Shown: piece by piece, positions 12,512 to 25,446 of the stretch
Layout: every line of letters starts with the position of its first letter
How positions within the stretch are numbered: position 1 is the first letter of the stretch
NCBI GenBank assembly: GCA_010015805.1
Contig: ML978125.1
Span: forward strand, 1,116,001 to 1,180,000
Origin: Rhizodiscina lignyota
Lineage: Eukaryota
DNA length: 64,000 nt
Direction of reading: 5' to 3'
Notes under the pieces: model-generated
Told to the model about the DNA's origin: nothing
What the model saw: only the letters and a program-made list of their open reading frames with translations
Databases searched by the model: none
Position numbers and translations under genes: made by a program

Positions 12512-14257
12512 ATGTCAACGGTTGTGGGAGCTCAGACTCAAATTCAAGATGAAATCACGCAAGTCGAAGAAGCACTGAGCGAGATGCATGATACGCCAGT
12601 ATCGGCACCAACAGGACTCAGTAATCCTGGCCACTTGAACTATACATCTCAGGGACAGGAGTCTAGAGAAGAAATCGAACTGAGGAGTTCACTCGTTTCG
12701 GACCTGTTCTCGGCAAACCCTTCACACAGCAGTGTCAACATGGGCTCATGGTATGAAGGCACTTTGAACGCTTTCCAGTTTGAGGAACCTAGTGTTACTG
12801 TCAATCCAGTCTTCCGGATTTTGACTCAGTCGAATGAGGCCTCACGTGCGGTGGACCCACATCTTGGATCACAGCCCGGTGCCACAGATAGCTCCCCGAC
12901 ATATCGAGATCTTTTGGAGGAATCACGCTTGCAGAACTATGAGGTAGACGTCTGCAAGTTCATCGACAACTGGACTTTTGTCACTAAGCTCCGCCTCGCG
13001 TCACAGAGGATGTTCACCGAGGTTCCCGGCTCTGACGTCTTGACGTCTTCCAGGCCATCTCATGTTCGAGCTGAGGAGGTGAATGAGGACACATACGACA
13101 TGCAGGGCATCGACTGGACGCGAATTGGTACGAGTGGGATGCAAGCGCGCAAGGCGCGTGATTGCTATTGTGAAGCTGTCAGTGGAGACTGTTTTACAGA
13201 GTTGGAGAGAAAGAGCTTCAGCAGCGAAGGAATCGAAAATTGTGACAGTCTCTTCCGGTTTCGACGCATGAACACCAAGCATCGAGCCTGGATCCAACAT
13301 TTCCAACTCCGCAACCTCATGGCCGTCACGTCTCACAACGACATCTTCTACGCGGCACGCTCGAAAGTGCACTGTACCGACGCGGTCGGAGGCGTCAACG
13401 CAACAGTGATGGACCTCTCCGGACCTGCTTCCAGTCTCTCTGGCGAGAGCTCCTTCCGCATCACAACACTCGCCGCCGCAAGCAATCTCGTCGTTAGCGG
13501 ATCTTACACCGGCGAATACGCGATGGCCTCGCTGGACTCGATGTCCAGCTCACCCCCCACCATCGGCCTCATCACGCCAGACCACGAAGGCATCATCTGC
13601 CACGTCGACCTCTTTGCGCGCCGCGGCATCGGCCAGCCCACCTCAGCCGCCTTCTCCAGCAACGACCAGCACGTCCGCGTGCTCGACTGCGCCACGAACA
13701 CGTTCGTCAGCAGCTTCAAGTACCCCTACTCGGTGAACTGCAGCGTCGCAGACCCGCACGCGCAGATGCGCCTCGTCGTCGGCGACAGCAACACCGCGCT
13801 GCTCACCAACGCAGATGACGGCCAGGTGCTGACGGAGATCGCACACCATACCGGGAACATCTTCGCTGCGAGCTGGTGCGGGGATGGCGTGCATGTCGCG
13901 ACGGGCGCGGAGGACGGCCGCGTGCTGGTTTACGATATGCGGAAGTGGAGCGCGCCGGTGGCTGATATCGCCTGCGTGAAGGCTTGTCCGCGATCGCTTC
14001 GCTTCTCCTCTCGTGGCCCATCGATGCTGTTGGTTGCGGAGGCGGAGGATGCTGTAGAGGTTGTCGAGGCAGGCGGCGGCATGTTCCAGAAGCGGCAAGT
14101 GGTGGAGTTTTTCGGATCTGTTGGAGGTGCTGAGTGGCGGCCGGACGGAAAAGGTTTCTGGGTGGCGAATGGAGACGCGAAGTTTGGTGGACTGATGCAG
14201 TTCGACATGATGGGCGCTAGGTTGGCGCCATCGGCTCAATCAAAGCTCTACTTTTGA
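12512..14257 (+). CDS. WD40-repeat protein, probably of the DUF2415-containing family (possibly Gid11-like)
   Basis: 581-aa single ORF. DMQGIDW and HFQLRNL motifs, then beta-propeller repeats (SSNDQHVRVLD, HTGNIFAASW...VATGAEDGRVLVYDMRKW). Upstream exons cannot be excluded. Confidence 0.75.
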   Translation: MSTVVGAQTQIQDEITQVEEALSEMHDTPVSAPTGLSNPGHLNYTSQGQESREEIELRSSLVSDLFSANPSHSSVNMGSWYEGTLNAFQFEEPSVTVNPVFRILTQSNEASRAVDPHLGSQPGATDSSPTYRDLLEESRLQNYEVDVCKFIDNWTFVTKLRLASQRMFTEVPGSDVLTSSRPSHVRAEEVNEDTYDMQGIDWTRIGTSGMQARKARDCYCEAVSGDCFTELERKSFSSEGIENCDSLFRFRRMNTKHRAWIQHFQLRNLMAVTSHNDIFYAARSKVHCTDAVGGVNATVMDLSGPASSLSGESSFRITTLAAASNLVVSGSYTGEYAMASLDSMSSSPPTIGLITPDHEGIICHVDLFARRGIGQPTSAAFSSNDQHVRVLDCATNTFVSSFKYPYSVNCSVADPHAQMRLVVGDSNTALLTNADDGQVLTEIAHHTGNIFAASWCGDGVHVATGAEDGRVLVYDMRKWSAPVADIACVKACPRSLRFSSRGPSMLLVAEAEDAVEVVEAGGGMFQKRQVVEFFGSVGGAEWRPDGKGFWVANGDAKFGGLMQFDMMGARLAPSAQSKLYF

Positions 14258-14805
14258 GCAGGTGCGAATTAGCAACGCTGGGTTGATGCCGGACAAAAGA
14301 GACGGATAGAACGGGATGTATATGATGGGATTGGATATAACATATGTCCCGGCTGGGAAACGAGCAACACTTTAAACCGCTACATCTAGGACGACCCCAA
14401 AGGAAATTCGACATTTCAACCTTCGCGTCCACTTCACGCTTTCTTCTCGAACACGCCGAATATAGCTGGACGAACCATTGGACGATTTGCTGGACGACGA
14501 ACACGAAATACGAACGTTGGCACTCTCATCCTCTGAGAGTGGCTGCCAATTGGCAAAAGCATTTTCGGTTTGCGGCGTTTCTGTACATGATGCATTTGGA
14601 AAGGGTTGGGATCTCGCATTCACAGCGTGCATACTTCCAGCATTGCAGGCGAAACATGGTGTTATTTGCTTTTATATACCTTTGCTGCTTTTGAGGCGTG
14701 ATTTACGACTGCACATCACATGTACTGTAAGGAGGGGAGCTGGATACAACTTCATAGCACATTTGACCGACATCATTTCCCTGTATCGTGCCTTGCTGCT
14801 ATCCT

Positions 14806-17378
14806 TCACATCATCGGGTGACTCCAGAAACGAGGCATCCCGTAGCCCATCCCCAGATCTGTAAACACTCTCTTGACTTCCTCATGGGCGGCGGCGGCGT
14901 CGGCGTACTCTTGCGCAATGGCGTTGGAGACGCTCTCGATGTTCTGGCCCGGCATTGGGGTGTTGAATGGGAATTGCACGACGGGGCAGGTCGTCCCCGG
15001 CTCGGGCAGTGTTCCGTTGTGGAAGTAGGCTCTGATCGCGGCGGTCGTGCAGTGCGAATACGCGGCTAACGTACAGTGCTATTGACAGTTAGTATCAATA
15101 CTTGTAGACATTACCAAGTTTCCGCCGAGCTGGACGAGAGCTGCAATGGCGTCCATTTTCCGTGATATCGAGACGCAAATCTTCTGAGGCAGGCTGGGCA
15201 AGATACTCCCCGATAACCTCGAATGTAACTTCACCAACGCGAGGAAGATTTTTAGGAGTACCCGGGTGACTTTGATAGCGTGGCTCTCAGACCGCTCGCT
15301 CGCTGGAAACTAGCTCCCTCGCATGTGGGCAGTGATGACTTACGCCTGCGGTGTCGTGCGTGAGTACGACGGAGCCGGGGAATCTCGCTGCTTGATTGTG
15401 CGCGCTGTTTGAGAGTCAGTCCATGTACGAGAAAAGTCTTTGAACAGGGAGACTTGCCTCTTGATAGGACATATCGGGTCCGCCGTGTTGCCAATCCACA
15501 AAATCGGCGTGCTAGTATTCCCACCCCATGGGCCACTGAAGCGGATATTCCGCGCCTTCCATCCAGCACAGCGCATGTGAAGGGCCGTCATTAGCCCTCC
15601 ACCAACGGGGCTCACACCATCCAGTTCGCGCATGTGCTGCCTGAAGTACTCGACATCGAAAGCGTCGAAAGGGTCCGCATCTGCGCACTCAATGGCACGG
15701 CTGGCATCGCTGATGAGCGGAGTCGGAAATGAAGAGCCAGCACGTCTACCAAATGGGATCGGAGAGTACTTCTCCATGAATTGAGCCACCATGCTCAGGT
15801 CTCCGATCTCAAGATGGCGGAATAGCGTTGCGAGGGTTGGGAACAAGATGACAGGGGAGTAGAGCGTCTGGAAAACGAAGCCCTTGACTGCGCTGTATGA
15901 GAGGACGTCCGGGCCCCAGGTCGCTTGGACGGGAAGCGGATTATGGTACAACTCCCACAGAATCGACTGGAACGACTCGCGGACTTCGGCGGGCGTAGAG
16001 TTGTTTTGGGCCAATTCGCAGTGCTCCGGTCCTGCCGCGGCACAGTGCTCGTAGAATGTGTCCATGGCCTTCTCGGTGTCGGTTACGCTTCCCACCCAGT
16101 GTCCTCCAGTGAAGTCCTCGGGCTCGAGCACACCATCGAGGATCATACGGCCGACGTTGTCGGGGAACATGGCGGCGAAAGTAGCGCCGAGATAGGTCCC
16201 GTATGAAAAGCCCCAGTACTGGAGTTTGGCCTTGTATTTCTTCCCGCCGTCCCAGCGGCCTTTGGATTCGGCGTTGGATCCTGCGTTGGATTCTGGCTCG
16301 GCTTCTTCAGTCCGGAAACGAGATATGCGAGACTGAGAAGTCGGTAATAGCTTGGCCACCTCCTTTTCGCGCCACTGCTCATGCTTCTCTGCGAGCTCGA
16401 GCATGTCTCGCGCGACATGTGCCGTGCTGACATAGTTCAGGATATTACCAGGTTGAGAGGCTTTAACATTGCAAGACTCGGTATAAGCCTTGTTCATAGA
16501 GAGCAGTCGACCAAGAGCTGCATTCGAGCTCCCAGGTAGCCCTTCCTCTACACTTCGAAGCATCCAAATCCATCGGTACTCATTATCATCAAAGCAGTAC
16601 GCAGATGGTGTTGTCTCGCCAATTCCACGGGGATCGAAGCCGATGATATCGTGGAACTTCTCTGTTGAATTCGCGGAAGCTTCAAGAACGGGGTTGCCAG
16701 AATCGACATATCTCTGCAGACCTTCGCCGCCGAATTGAGCGAATAAGGTCCCTGGGCCCCCTGGCCCGCCCGGGTTGATAAAGATGGGGCCATTGTATCG
16801 CGGATCAGTGACTGGAACCTTGGCCGGTACTCTCAATACTCCAAGGCTAACAGGCTCGCCGTCCTTCGTCCCATTCCAGTAATCAAGTGGAAGTAGTAAT
16901 CGAGCACATTGCAGATGCCCAAAGCACTTGTGATACACCAGCTCCTCGGAGGCTGTTATCTGCGTTATGAATAGTTAGTAAATTGGAAGGTTTTATGGCC
17001 ATCATCGCCTCCAACCCCCGACTCGGGCATGCCAATACGCCTCAAGGTGTACAACGCAAAGTGGCCCCAGCCAATCCAGCCATGCCACAAATGAATCCTA
17101 CATCAGGAGCCTGAGTGCTTGCTTACATTTGGCCACTCAAATGGGTTCGCAGCAGACGTCGTCTGTGAAGTTGAATGTGGCCAGGAAGCATATTTCGAAG
17201 AAACAGCTTCGATATTGATAATGATAACAGGGTGGACGAAGCGACGAAAGAGAAATATTGAAAGTCCGACAGCGAAGACCAGACGCATCAGCCACCACTT
17301 GCGGCGCCGGTACGGTTTACCACATTGCACGCCGCGATAAACTTGAACATTCCCCTTCTCGTTCATATCGTCATACAT
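14806..17378 (-). CDS. Membrane-anchored TAP-like alpha/beta hydrolase (peptidase S33-like); exons 17378-17127, 16959-15458, 15404-15344 and 15078-14806
   Basis: N-terminal TM segment (WWLMRLVFAVGLSIFLF), NPGGPGG, FDPRGIG, nucleophile motif GFSYG, acid in ADPICP, and catalytic His in TAG|HCT, which is reached only after splicing. Confidence 0.85.
15405..15457 (-). other. GC-AG intron (53 nt) in the hydrolase gene
   Basis: AG|GCAAGT donor, ACTGAC branch, CAG acceptor. Splicing restores PIKSAHNQAARFPGSVVL...GHC. Confidence 0.8.
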
Positions 17379-18370
17379 GCTTCATGAAAGCCGCAGGTAT
17401 CAGTGGAAGTGGAGAAGCACACGGGATGTTGATATAAGAGGAAGGTCAGGCAGCAGCTTTCCAGCGCGAGTAAGGGGAGGAGCCTCGAAGGATTGATTCC
17501 CTTGGAGGATGCGGAGCAGCGCCGCATCCGTTCGGCGGGACGCCGATCACTTGCGGACACATAAATACGAGGGCAGAGCTGCAGCGTGCCGTGGCATTGA
17601 ATTGTGTTTCAGATCCACTTTGGGCGGAGCATGACCCCTCAGTGCTTTGCATGGGAGAAGTCGATATAAGAACGGAGGGATGGGGAGCAAATTTAAGGAC
17701 GACGTGGAGAGCGCTTTGACGCTCTGCGTGCCCCATCCGGCACTTCGGCTCCACACTATTTTGGGTTGGAAGCACAAACCAACATACTTCCGATGTACCT
17801 CTTCTCTTGTGCGTCATTCCGCCTCTCTCACCTTCCTCTGTCAGTTTCTGTTCGATACGTGAGCTGGACGGAGCTATTGTGGCGTCACAAGCGAAAGGCT
17901 CGCTGTGCGTGAAGGTCACGCGAGCAGCGAATTTATGAGAACGCAATTTTCCATTTTGCCCGGCCTACTATCGATGCAAGAGACAAACTAGGCTGTGTGG
18001 TTTCTGAGCAAGAGCAAAAGTATCATTTCAACCCGGCGGGTATCTCTTTCGGCCAGTCAATCAGTCCTACTTGAACGACATGCAAGAAGCCATATGTTCG
18101 GTCCGATGCTGTTTATTACCTCCCGAGCGGAAGTAGGAAACGAGGAAGAAGAAGAAAACCACAGCCGTGTACCTTGGTGCCGGGGCTTGTGAGCATATGA
18201 AAACCTCCGGGGTGATGTGAAGCAACCATTTTGTCGTCCGTTTTGAGAAAAGCAATCCGTCCCGCGAAACATATCGTGTCAGTCTTTTGGCAGTGTCCGT
18301 TGCCTTTGCCCTTCTACCGTCGAGTCGTGTATGCAATGTTGGCGATCGAGGCGAACGTATCGGAAGTCAG

Positions 18371-19303
18371 TTACCATTGGCCACCACCACCTTGCTGGGT
18401 GTTCTGGTCTTGCTGACCCCAGCCGCCGCCGCCGCCGCTACCACCTTGGTTGTAGCCGCCGCCTTGCTGGCCGCCTTGCTGACCGCCGTACTGGCCTCCG
18501 CCACCTCCGCCGTACTGCTGGTTGGAGGAGCCCCACTGTCCAGCACCACTGCTACCATAACCTTATTATCAAATTAGCATCGCCTAGAGCTAACGCGTGG
18601 AACAGAACTCACCTTGCTGACGTTGACCGTAGCCGCCGCCCCCGCCTGAGACGGCTGAGTTAGCCCCCATTACGACCGAGACTTAACCAACGGCACGAAT
18701 GAACTCACCATAGCTACCACCACCTTGGCCCCAGCTGCCGCCTTCACCACCGCCAGTTCCAGGAGCATTGTAACCACCGCGACCCTGGCCGAATCCACCT
18801 CCTCCACCGGAGCGCGATCGATCCGAGGCCTTGTCAACGCGGATGGTACGCCCATCGAACCTGAGTGTCAGTTAGCTGGGAGCTCCCATCCCATCGCAAA
18901 GTAGCGAGTCGAGAGAGACACGGCGTGCGATTCAGTCGACGGAGCGCAACGAAATCCGGCGTCGTAAGAAATGGCGCTAGCACTCACTCGACGTTGTTCA
19001 TCGCATTGATCGCGGCTTCCGCATCAGCATCCTGAGCGAATCTCACAAAGCCAAAGCCACGGCTGCGGCCAGTGTCGCGGTCCTTGACGACAATCTTGAG
19101 TGAAGTGTTAGAGCCTGCCGACCAGAAAAAACCTTTCCCAGGGACATACCGCTTCGTCGACCTGGCCAAACTCCTCGAACTTGGAGCGCAGAGTCTGGTC
19201 ATCTGTGTGCCATGCTAGGCCACTGTTTGGTGCATCAGTAGAGGTGTCTTGAGGTCACTCGAGCGTGGTGGGAGAATTCTCACCCGATAAACAGCTTTGA
19301 CAT
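18371..19303 (-). CDS. Glycine-rich RNA-binding protein (one RRM plus Gly/Gln/Tyr-rich tail), 6 exons
   Basis: Spliced product [26 protein letters not shown]...[18 protein letters not shown]...[11 protein letters not shown], with RNP2 LFIGGL and RNP1 RGFGFVRF, followed by GGY/GGQQ repeats. Confidence 0.92.
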
Positions 19304-21335
19304 GATACGTCACTGCAACTTGAATGATGCGTCTGCTTGACGTCTGCGATGGTTCAGTTAACGACAGTCCGAATGAAAGAGGGTTGAGAGCGACTCGAGC
19401 GTCGGATAAAGGAGCGGGTAAAAGTTGCAATGGGCAGAGGTATGGTGAATGCGCCGTATCAAGCCGCCGGCCAGGCAGCAGATTTGAGGGCAGGAGGACC
19501 AACTGTATTTGCGCGCGGGCACTTGCGCAGAGGTGAGGATGGCGCGCGATTCTGGCGCGACGGCGGACGAGGGTGTGCGGCCTTGCTCTCGGGGTGACAG
19601 AGCGTTGCGGAAGATTTCTGGTGGAGGGTCAAGGAGATTGAGTCGATTGTAGAAGAGTGAGACCGCAGAAGGAATGGCGGGGCAAAAGCAAATTCGAAAC
19701 TGGGATAGAGTGGAAGCGCACCCCGCCCTCGAGCGCTAATCAGGACGCTCTAATCGTCCAGACGCGTATTTAGCTGGACTGAGCGAGCAGCGTGTGTGGC
19801 TGTGGCGGAGAAATGCGTGGTGAGGGCTGAAAGCGGGAGAGCAGCAGGCGCTACCACTCGCCGCGGGCATGGGAGCGCATCCGCCATTGGAGGAGCAGGG
19901 CGGCGAGAGAGCAGTGGGCAGAGTGGACAGCGCGAATTGGCCGCCGGGCCTAGCCATGCACTGCTCGCTCGCCAGCGGCGGAGCCAATGGGCGGAGGCTC
20001 AGGAGGCTCAATGGGAGAGGAGGCCTCTGCTGTCCCGTGTTCGCTGCCTCATGCGAGCCAGTCGGCAGCGCGACGGCCGGTCAGGAATAGGGCAGCACTC
20101 GGGCGACGTTAGCACTCTACTGCCACTGCCGGGCGTGCCTTATGCAATGCAGGGCCGGTCATCATTGTATGGGGGCAGGATCAAGGGTGGAGCAGTGGGC
20201 ATGATCTCGAGCTAGCTGTACGTATCTCCGCAAACGCGCATGGCCCAAAATGTGGTAGCGAGCTGCTGGGAATGCAGCGCGACAGGGAAGACTCTGAATG
20301 GGAAAGCAGGTTTGCCCGCTTGGCCTGAGGCGACAGACAATCCTTCCGGCCTGGGTCGCGCGCTGCTGCTTAAGAGGCAGTTGATATACGGCGGCATCAT
20401 CATCGTGCTTGCAGCCCAACGCTCAGCATGACACGGGCAGCACAGGTGAAAGAAGCTTATCACCATTTATCGCTTGAACGGGGCGTCGTGCGATCCTTGC
20501 GCTTCCTTCCTCCTCTGCTCTCAACTCGCAGCAGCTTAGTCAAGGCGTGCTATTGCCTCGCTATCGCATGCGAACAGCTCGCCATCCAGCGCGCAAGCCA
20601 ACCACGGCGCGCCCAGGCCTGCGCTGCCTGCAGCTAACGCCCGCTCCAGCCAGCGCTTTTGTCCGTGCCCGCGTAAATCAACGTCGAAGCCGATCCGCAA
20701 GGCCACTTCTACAAATTGTCGCAGATTGTCGCTGTCCGCGGCGTGCAGCGATCGCTTTCTGTAGTGTGTACGCCGCACCATGTACCATACTCTGACTCTA
20801 TGTGCGTGCTTCGAATTGGGGAGGCACGATGCGCTGCACGTGCTTTCCGACGTAGGCCATGAGGCTCCATGCCGCCGACTTGCCTTTTCTTCTTCCTCTC
20901 AGCATGTCACTGATGTCACTTCAATGCCGTCGCTCTCCTTACTTTCCAGTCGCACTGCATCTGCCATCCGCGCCTCTTGTACCTGCTTCGCCTCAGCTCG
21001 CTGCACGTCTCACCACTACTGACCCTCGAATCGCGCCACACCAAGCACGATGCCAAAACTTCCACTGTCCATCCCACCGTTCTGGCGCTTGAGGTCTTGA
21101 CTTCATTACACCGCAGACGAATCTTTCCGCCGGAACTTTGACCCCACGCCATTGGCCCCGCATACGCTGTGCGACAGACCAGCAGCGGGCGGTGGAGATC
21201 GCCCAACCTTGAATCTCTCACAGCGGTGAGTGGAGTTCCAACTCCGGGGACCGACTTTCCCCAAGCTGACCAGGCTATGACTCGAGATCTCAGGGCCCCT
21301 GTCGTCCTGAGTATACCACTTCGCCCATCTGCTGA

Positions 21336-23460
21336 ATGGATATCGACAAGTGGCTTGAAAATACCGCTGCTCGAGATCCTTCACCTCCGATCCCTCTGCA
21401 ACCCCATAAGCGCCCACGCAAGACGATAGACAACCAGAGAAAACAAAGTCGCAGACGAAAGGCCTCCCCGGCAAGTTCCTTGTTGGAACCTGCTTTGTTA
21501 CACAAATCTGTGGACGGAGATTCCCCTGTGCCTGCCAAACGCAAGAAAATCGCTGCACGCTCGTCATCTGGTGCTGCGAAACCGGCTTCAGACACAGACC
21601 AAGAATTGCTGCCACCGGCGCAGAGCTATGAGCGGCGACCACGTCGCAAGACTAGACCAGACTTGTACGAGCCCAAGGCAGACAAGCCTGTGCAGGAGAA
21701 GCGACGCAAGAGGGAGCATCGAGATGATTCTCCTGAGAGACAGCATCGCAGGAAGAAGAAGGGAAGGCATGAGAGGGTAAAGCCAAATCTGGCCGAGAAC
21801 TTTCAAGCGCAGAACGTTCCAGCGGAAAGACTCACAGTCAGTCACGTCATTGAGACTGCTGTGTAGTGGAGGTGATCATATTACTGACTCTGATATAGCT
21901 GAAGCCCAAATCGAACATTGGGCTATTCCAAAAAGGCAGAGCTTCCAACCCGGTCAGGGGTAGAGGATGTATGTCTCCTTCGCCATATCAATGACGTTTG
22001 CATTATGCACCGTGCTGACGAGAACAGTGCCAGATCTGACATTTTCGGAGATGAAGTTTTTGCACAAGCGAAACTTGTCCGAGAATGAGCAGGCAGCAAA
22101 CGACAATCTGAAGACATCGCGCGCAAAGGACAGGAATGAGATCAGCAACGAAGAATTTTCAGCCTACTTTGCATCAGAAAGACCCCCACTCGCCGAAAAG
22201 AGCACCAACATCCCTTCAAAGCCGGCCAAGACCAATCGTGATAAGATTCCTTTCTCAAATGCCGGGCGTCGAAGGAAGCCCTCTTCAACTGCAGACTCCA
22301 CTCTCCAAACCATTGAGCTTCCTGAAAAGCCCTTTCTAGGATTCGGCAGTAGGGGTGGACGGCAGTCCAGTGCCAGTTGCTTCACGCGGTCGGAATCAGG
22401 AAAAGCTCCTGGTCAGCTGCGGGACCGTGAGCGAATGAGCTCTGCTGCCAACGCCACAAATCTGCACCAACCTGACCTAGAACCGAAGAGGCCGCGATCC
22501 AGAGGAAAGGCACCGAATGAGCAGGACGATAACATGTTGCCAAGTGATGATACGGCAGAGCTGCAACGTCGACTTCGGCGACAGGCGGCCAAGCACTTGC
22601 CTCTAAGGGATTCGGAGCCGAGACACCCTATTGGTGAAAGGCGGCCGTCGTCTTTTTCATCTATGCCGCCCTCATCAAAGCTTGCTGAGTATGGATTGAG
22701 GCTGAAAAACGCTGTTTCAGGGCAGAGTGGTGCTACCGCAGCGTTCCAGGCCAATGTTGAGCCTGCCAACCATTCATCGCACAGCCACCATAATGCGCCT
22801 GAGCCTTTCCAGATGCATCAAGACCGTCAGCAAGATCTTCGGATGCCAGGAGATCAATTGGGACAATCAGACTTGGACAATGAGCAGCGGCGGAATTCTA
22901 TATTGCATAATGTGAGGCAACGGGGCCATCCAGACCAATTCAACCCTGCTCCTCCCAGTGCAGAGGCCTTCCGATATGCTACCGGAGAAGTTCGGCAAAG
23001 GCGATTTCTCGGAGCAACAGAGCCTGTCCACCCATCAACTAGAGATTTGCCTACTCGTGGAAGGACATCGAATTTCTCAGAGCACTTTGCGTTGCCAACA
23101 AATCTCGTGGGCCAGGAATATATCCCAACCTACATGGGCCAGCCGCTGGAAGGCTTCCAATCTACATACCAGGCTTATGATATCGAAGCGGTCCCAAACC
23201 ATTTAGCGGATGTATACCAGATCGACGAACTTGATGAGGAGGAGGAGGATGCTGAGGATAAGGCTGCCGGCGACTATGACTATGACTATCGGGAGTCAAT
23301 CTACGGCGAGACTGCCATGCTAACGGACGAGGAATCTGATGCTGCGAGTCAGACACGATTGCACTGGCAGAGTGCACGCCCTGAGGCTGCCATGGACAAT
23401 GGCGATGGTGATGATCAAGACATGTTTGAAGGTTTCTGGCAACCGAACGTTTTGTGTTGA
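21336..23460 (+). CDS. Uncharacterised basic, low-complexity protein; introns 21837-21898 and 21969-22027
   Basis: Two canonical introns join the ORFs into ...ERLTLKPKSNIGLFQKGRASNPVRGRGLPDLTFSEMKFL.... Many K/R clusters (NLS-like) and an acidic C-terminus ending FWQPNVLC. Confidence 0.65.
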
Positions 23461-23786
23461 GGGCCGAATTGTCAGTGTATGAAGCACGATGCAGAATCTT
23501 AACGGGGTCCTAGCAACGAGCAAATATACAGCCCTAGTTCACCATTACAGTATCCATTTCTCTTTATTCCAAGAGACAATCCATACCACGTCTTGAATTG
23601 AAGCCACTTTGTCCATCCACCCTCATCTCAGTGCGCAGGGGGTCCATATAATGTTGCGCGCTAGGAAAAAGCACGGCGAAGCGCTTCATCCGCAGTTCAG
23701 CAGGCCCCTTGCAACATGACCCGAGGTAGATTACTACATAGAAGACTCTGCACTTGCACGACATTGATAAAGAGCCGCCCGACTGA

Positions 23787-25166
23787 ATGTTCGAATCTCT
23801 TAGCCGCAGCTGTGCACGTCTCCCTTCAGCCGATCTCCTCCCCACGATCTCACGGAGCAAGGTTGTCTCATGCAGACAGCCTTCCTCCGCCGCCGTGACG
23901 TTTGCGACGCTGGCTCGTCATAAGGCCATAACTGCGTCCCGCCCGCCCGCGAGCTCCGCCGCCGAATCTCTGCAGAGCTACCCCTCCACCACAAACACCC
24001 GCTCCACCGCCGCAAACAAAAATTTCGTCAACATTCACGCCCGAACCGCTCAGCTTGCTGGACACCTGTTCAGCACCTCTGCATCGTCCGCAATGCCTCC
24101 CCCATCTGCTTATACCGTAAGGAAGATTGCTTCGGCCAACACGCTCGAGCACCGCATCTACATCGAGAAGGATGGCGTCCCGATCAGTCCTTTTCACGAC
24201 ATTCCGCTCTACGCCAATGACCAGCAGACCGTCCTCAACATGATCGTCGAGGTGCCGCGATGGACCAATGCGAAGTTGGAGGTGAGTTTGATCTTTGTTA
24301 CTTGTCCTGCGAAGCTGTTGCAAGTCGTGATTTGTGATCGGGGCTGACGGTGTGCTTGTTTTTGCAGATCTCGAAGGAGGAGACTCTCAACCCCATCAAG
24401 CAGGACATCAAGAAGGGCAAGCTCCGCTACGTGAGGAACTGCTTCCCGCACAAGGGCTACCTCTGGAACTACGGCGCCTTCCCCCAGGCAAGTCCAACCA
24501 CTTTCACACCGCTATTTACCCATACTAAACTCTCACCCACAGACGTGGGAAGACCCCAACGTCGTGCACCCCGAGACCAAGGCCAAGGGCGACAACGACC
24601 CGCTCGACGTGTGCGAGATCGGCGAGCTGGTCGGCAAGCCGGGCGAGGTGAAGCAGGTCAAGGTGCTGGGCGTGATGGCGCTGCTGGACGAGGAGGAGAC
24701 GGACTGGAAGATCATCGTCATCGACGTCAACGACCCGCTCGCGCCCAAGCTCAATGACATCGAGGACGTGGAGCGCCACCTGCCCGGCCTGCTGCGCGCC
24801 ACCAACGAGTGGTTCCGCATCTACAAGATCCCCGACGGCAAGCCCGAGAACCAGTTCGCGTTCAGCGGCGAGTGCAAGAACAAGAAGTACGCCACCGACA
24901 TTGTGCGGGAGTGCGCCGAGGCGTGGGAGAAGCTGATCACCGGCAAGACGCAGAGGGGCGGCATCAGCCTGTGAGTTGCAACCTTTGCTACACTTTTACC
25001 TAAGTGCATATTAACTGGGTGCAGCACGAACATCACCGTCCCCCAGTCCCCGGATCGCGTTGACCCAAGCTCCGTCAACGTCCCCAGGGGCGAGGACAAG
25101 GCGCCGGGCCCGATCGATCCCAGCATCGACAAGTGGTTCTTCATCTCCGGCGCTCCTTCCGCATAA
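23787..25166 (+). CDS. IPP1: Family I inorganic pyrophosphatase; in-frame ATGs at 23787 and 24093; introns 24282-24367, 24488-24542 and 24971-25024
   Basis: [37 protein letters not shown], the GDNDPLDV signature, and IDKWFFIS at the C-terminus. Confidence 0.95.
24488..24542 (+). other. GC-AG intron (55 nt) in IPP1
   Basis: CAG|GCAAGT...ACTAAA...CACAG|ACG joins the conserved AFPQ|TWEDP. Confidence 0.9.
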
Positions 25167-25446
25167 GCGCGCAAAATCGCGTTCGCAAGATTCCAATTAC
25201 GCAAAGTGTTGGAACGATGTTTCGGGCGGGGGCAGCATTCACATAACATGGTGGAAGAGGTCACATGGGCATCAGCGCTGTGGTCAGGCTCTCTCTCATT
25301 CTCCGTGTTCCATCACTCAGGATAGATAAAAGTACATACCATACCACCACACGAGAAATGCAAAATTGGATTGCACATCCTATACATTGAACTTGTATCC
25401 GAGAAACTCCACGCCATGCGTTGAATAATGAATTGAGAGAGGCAGA

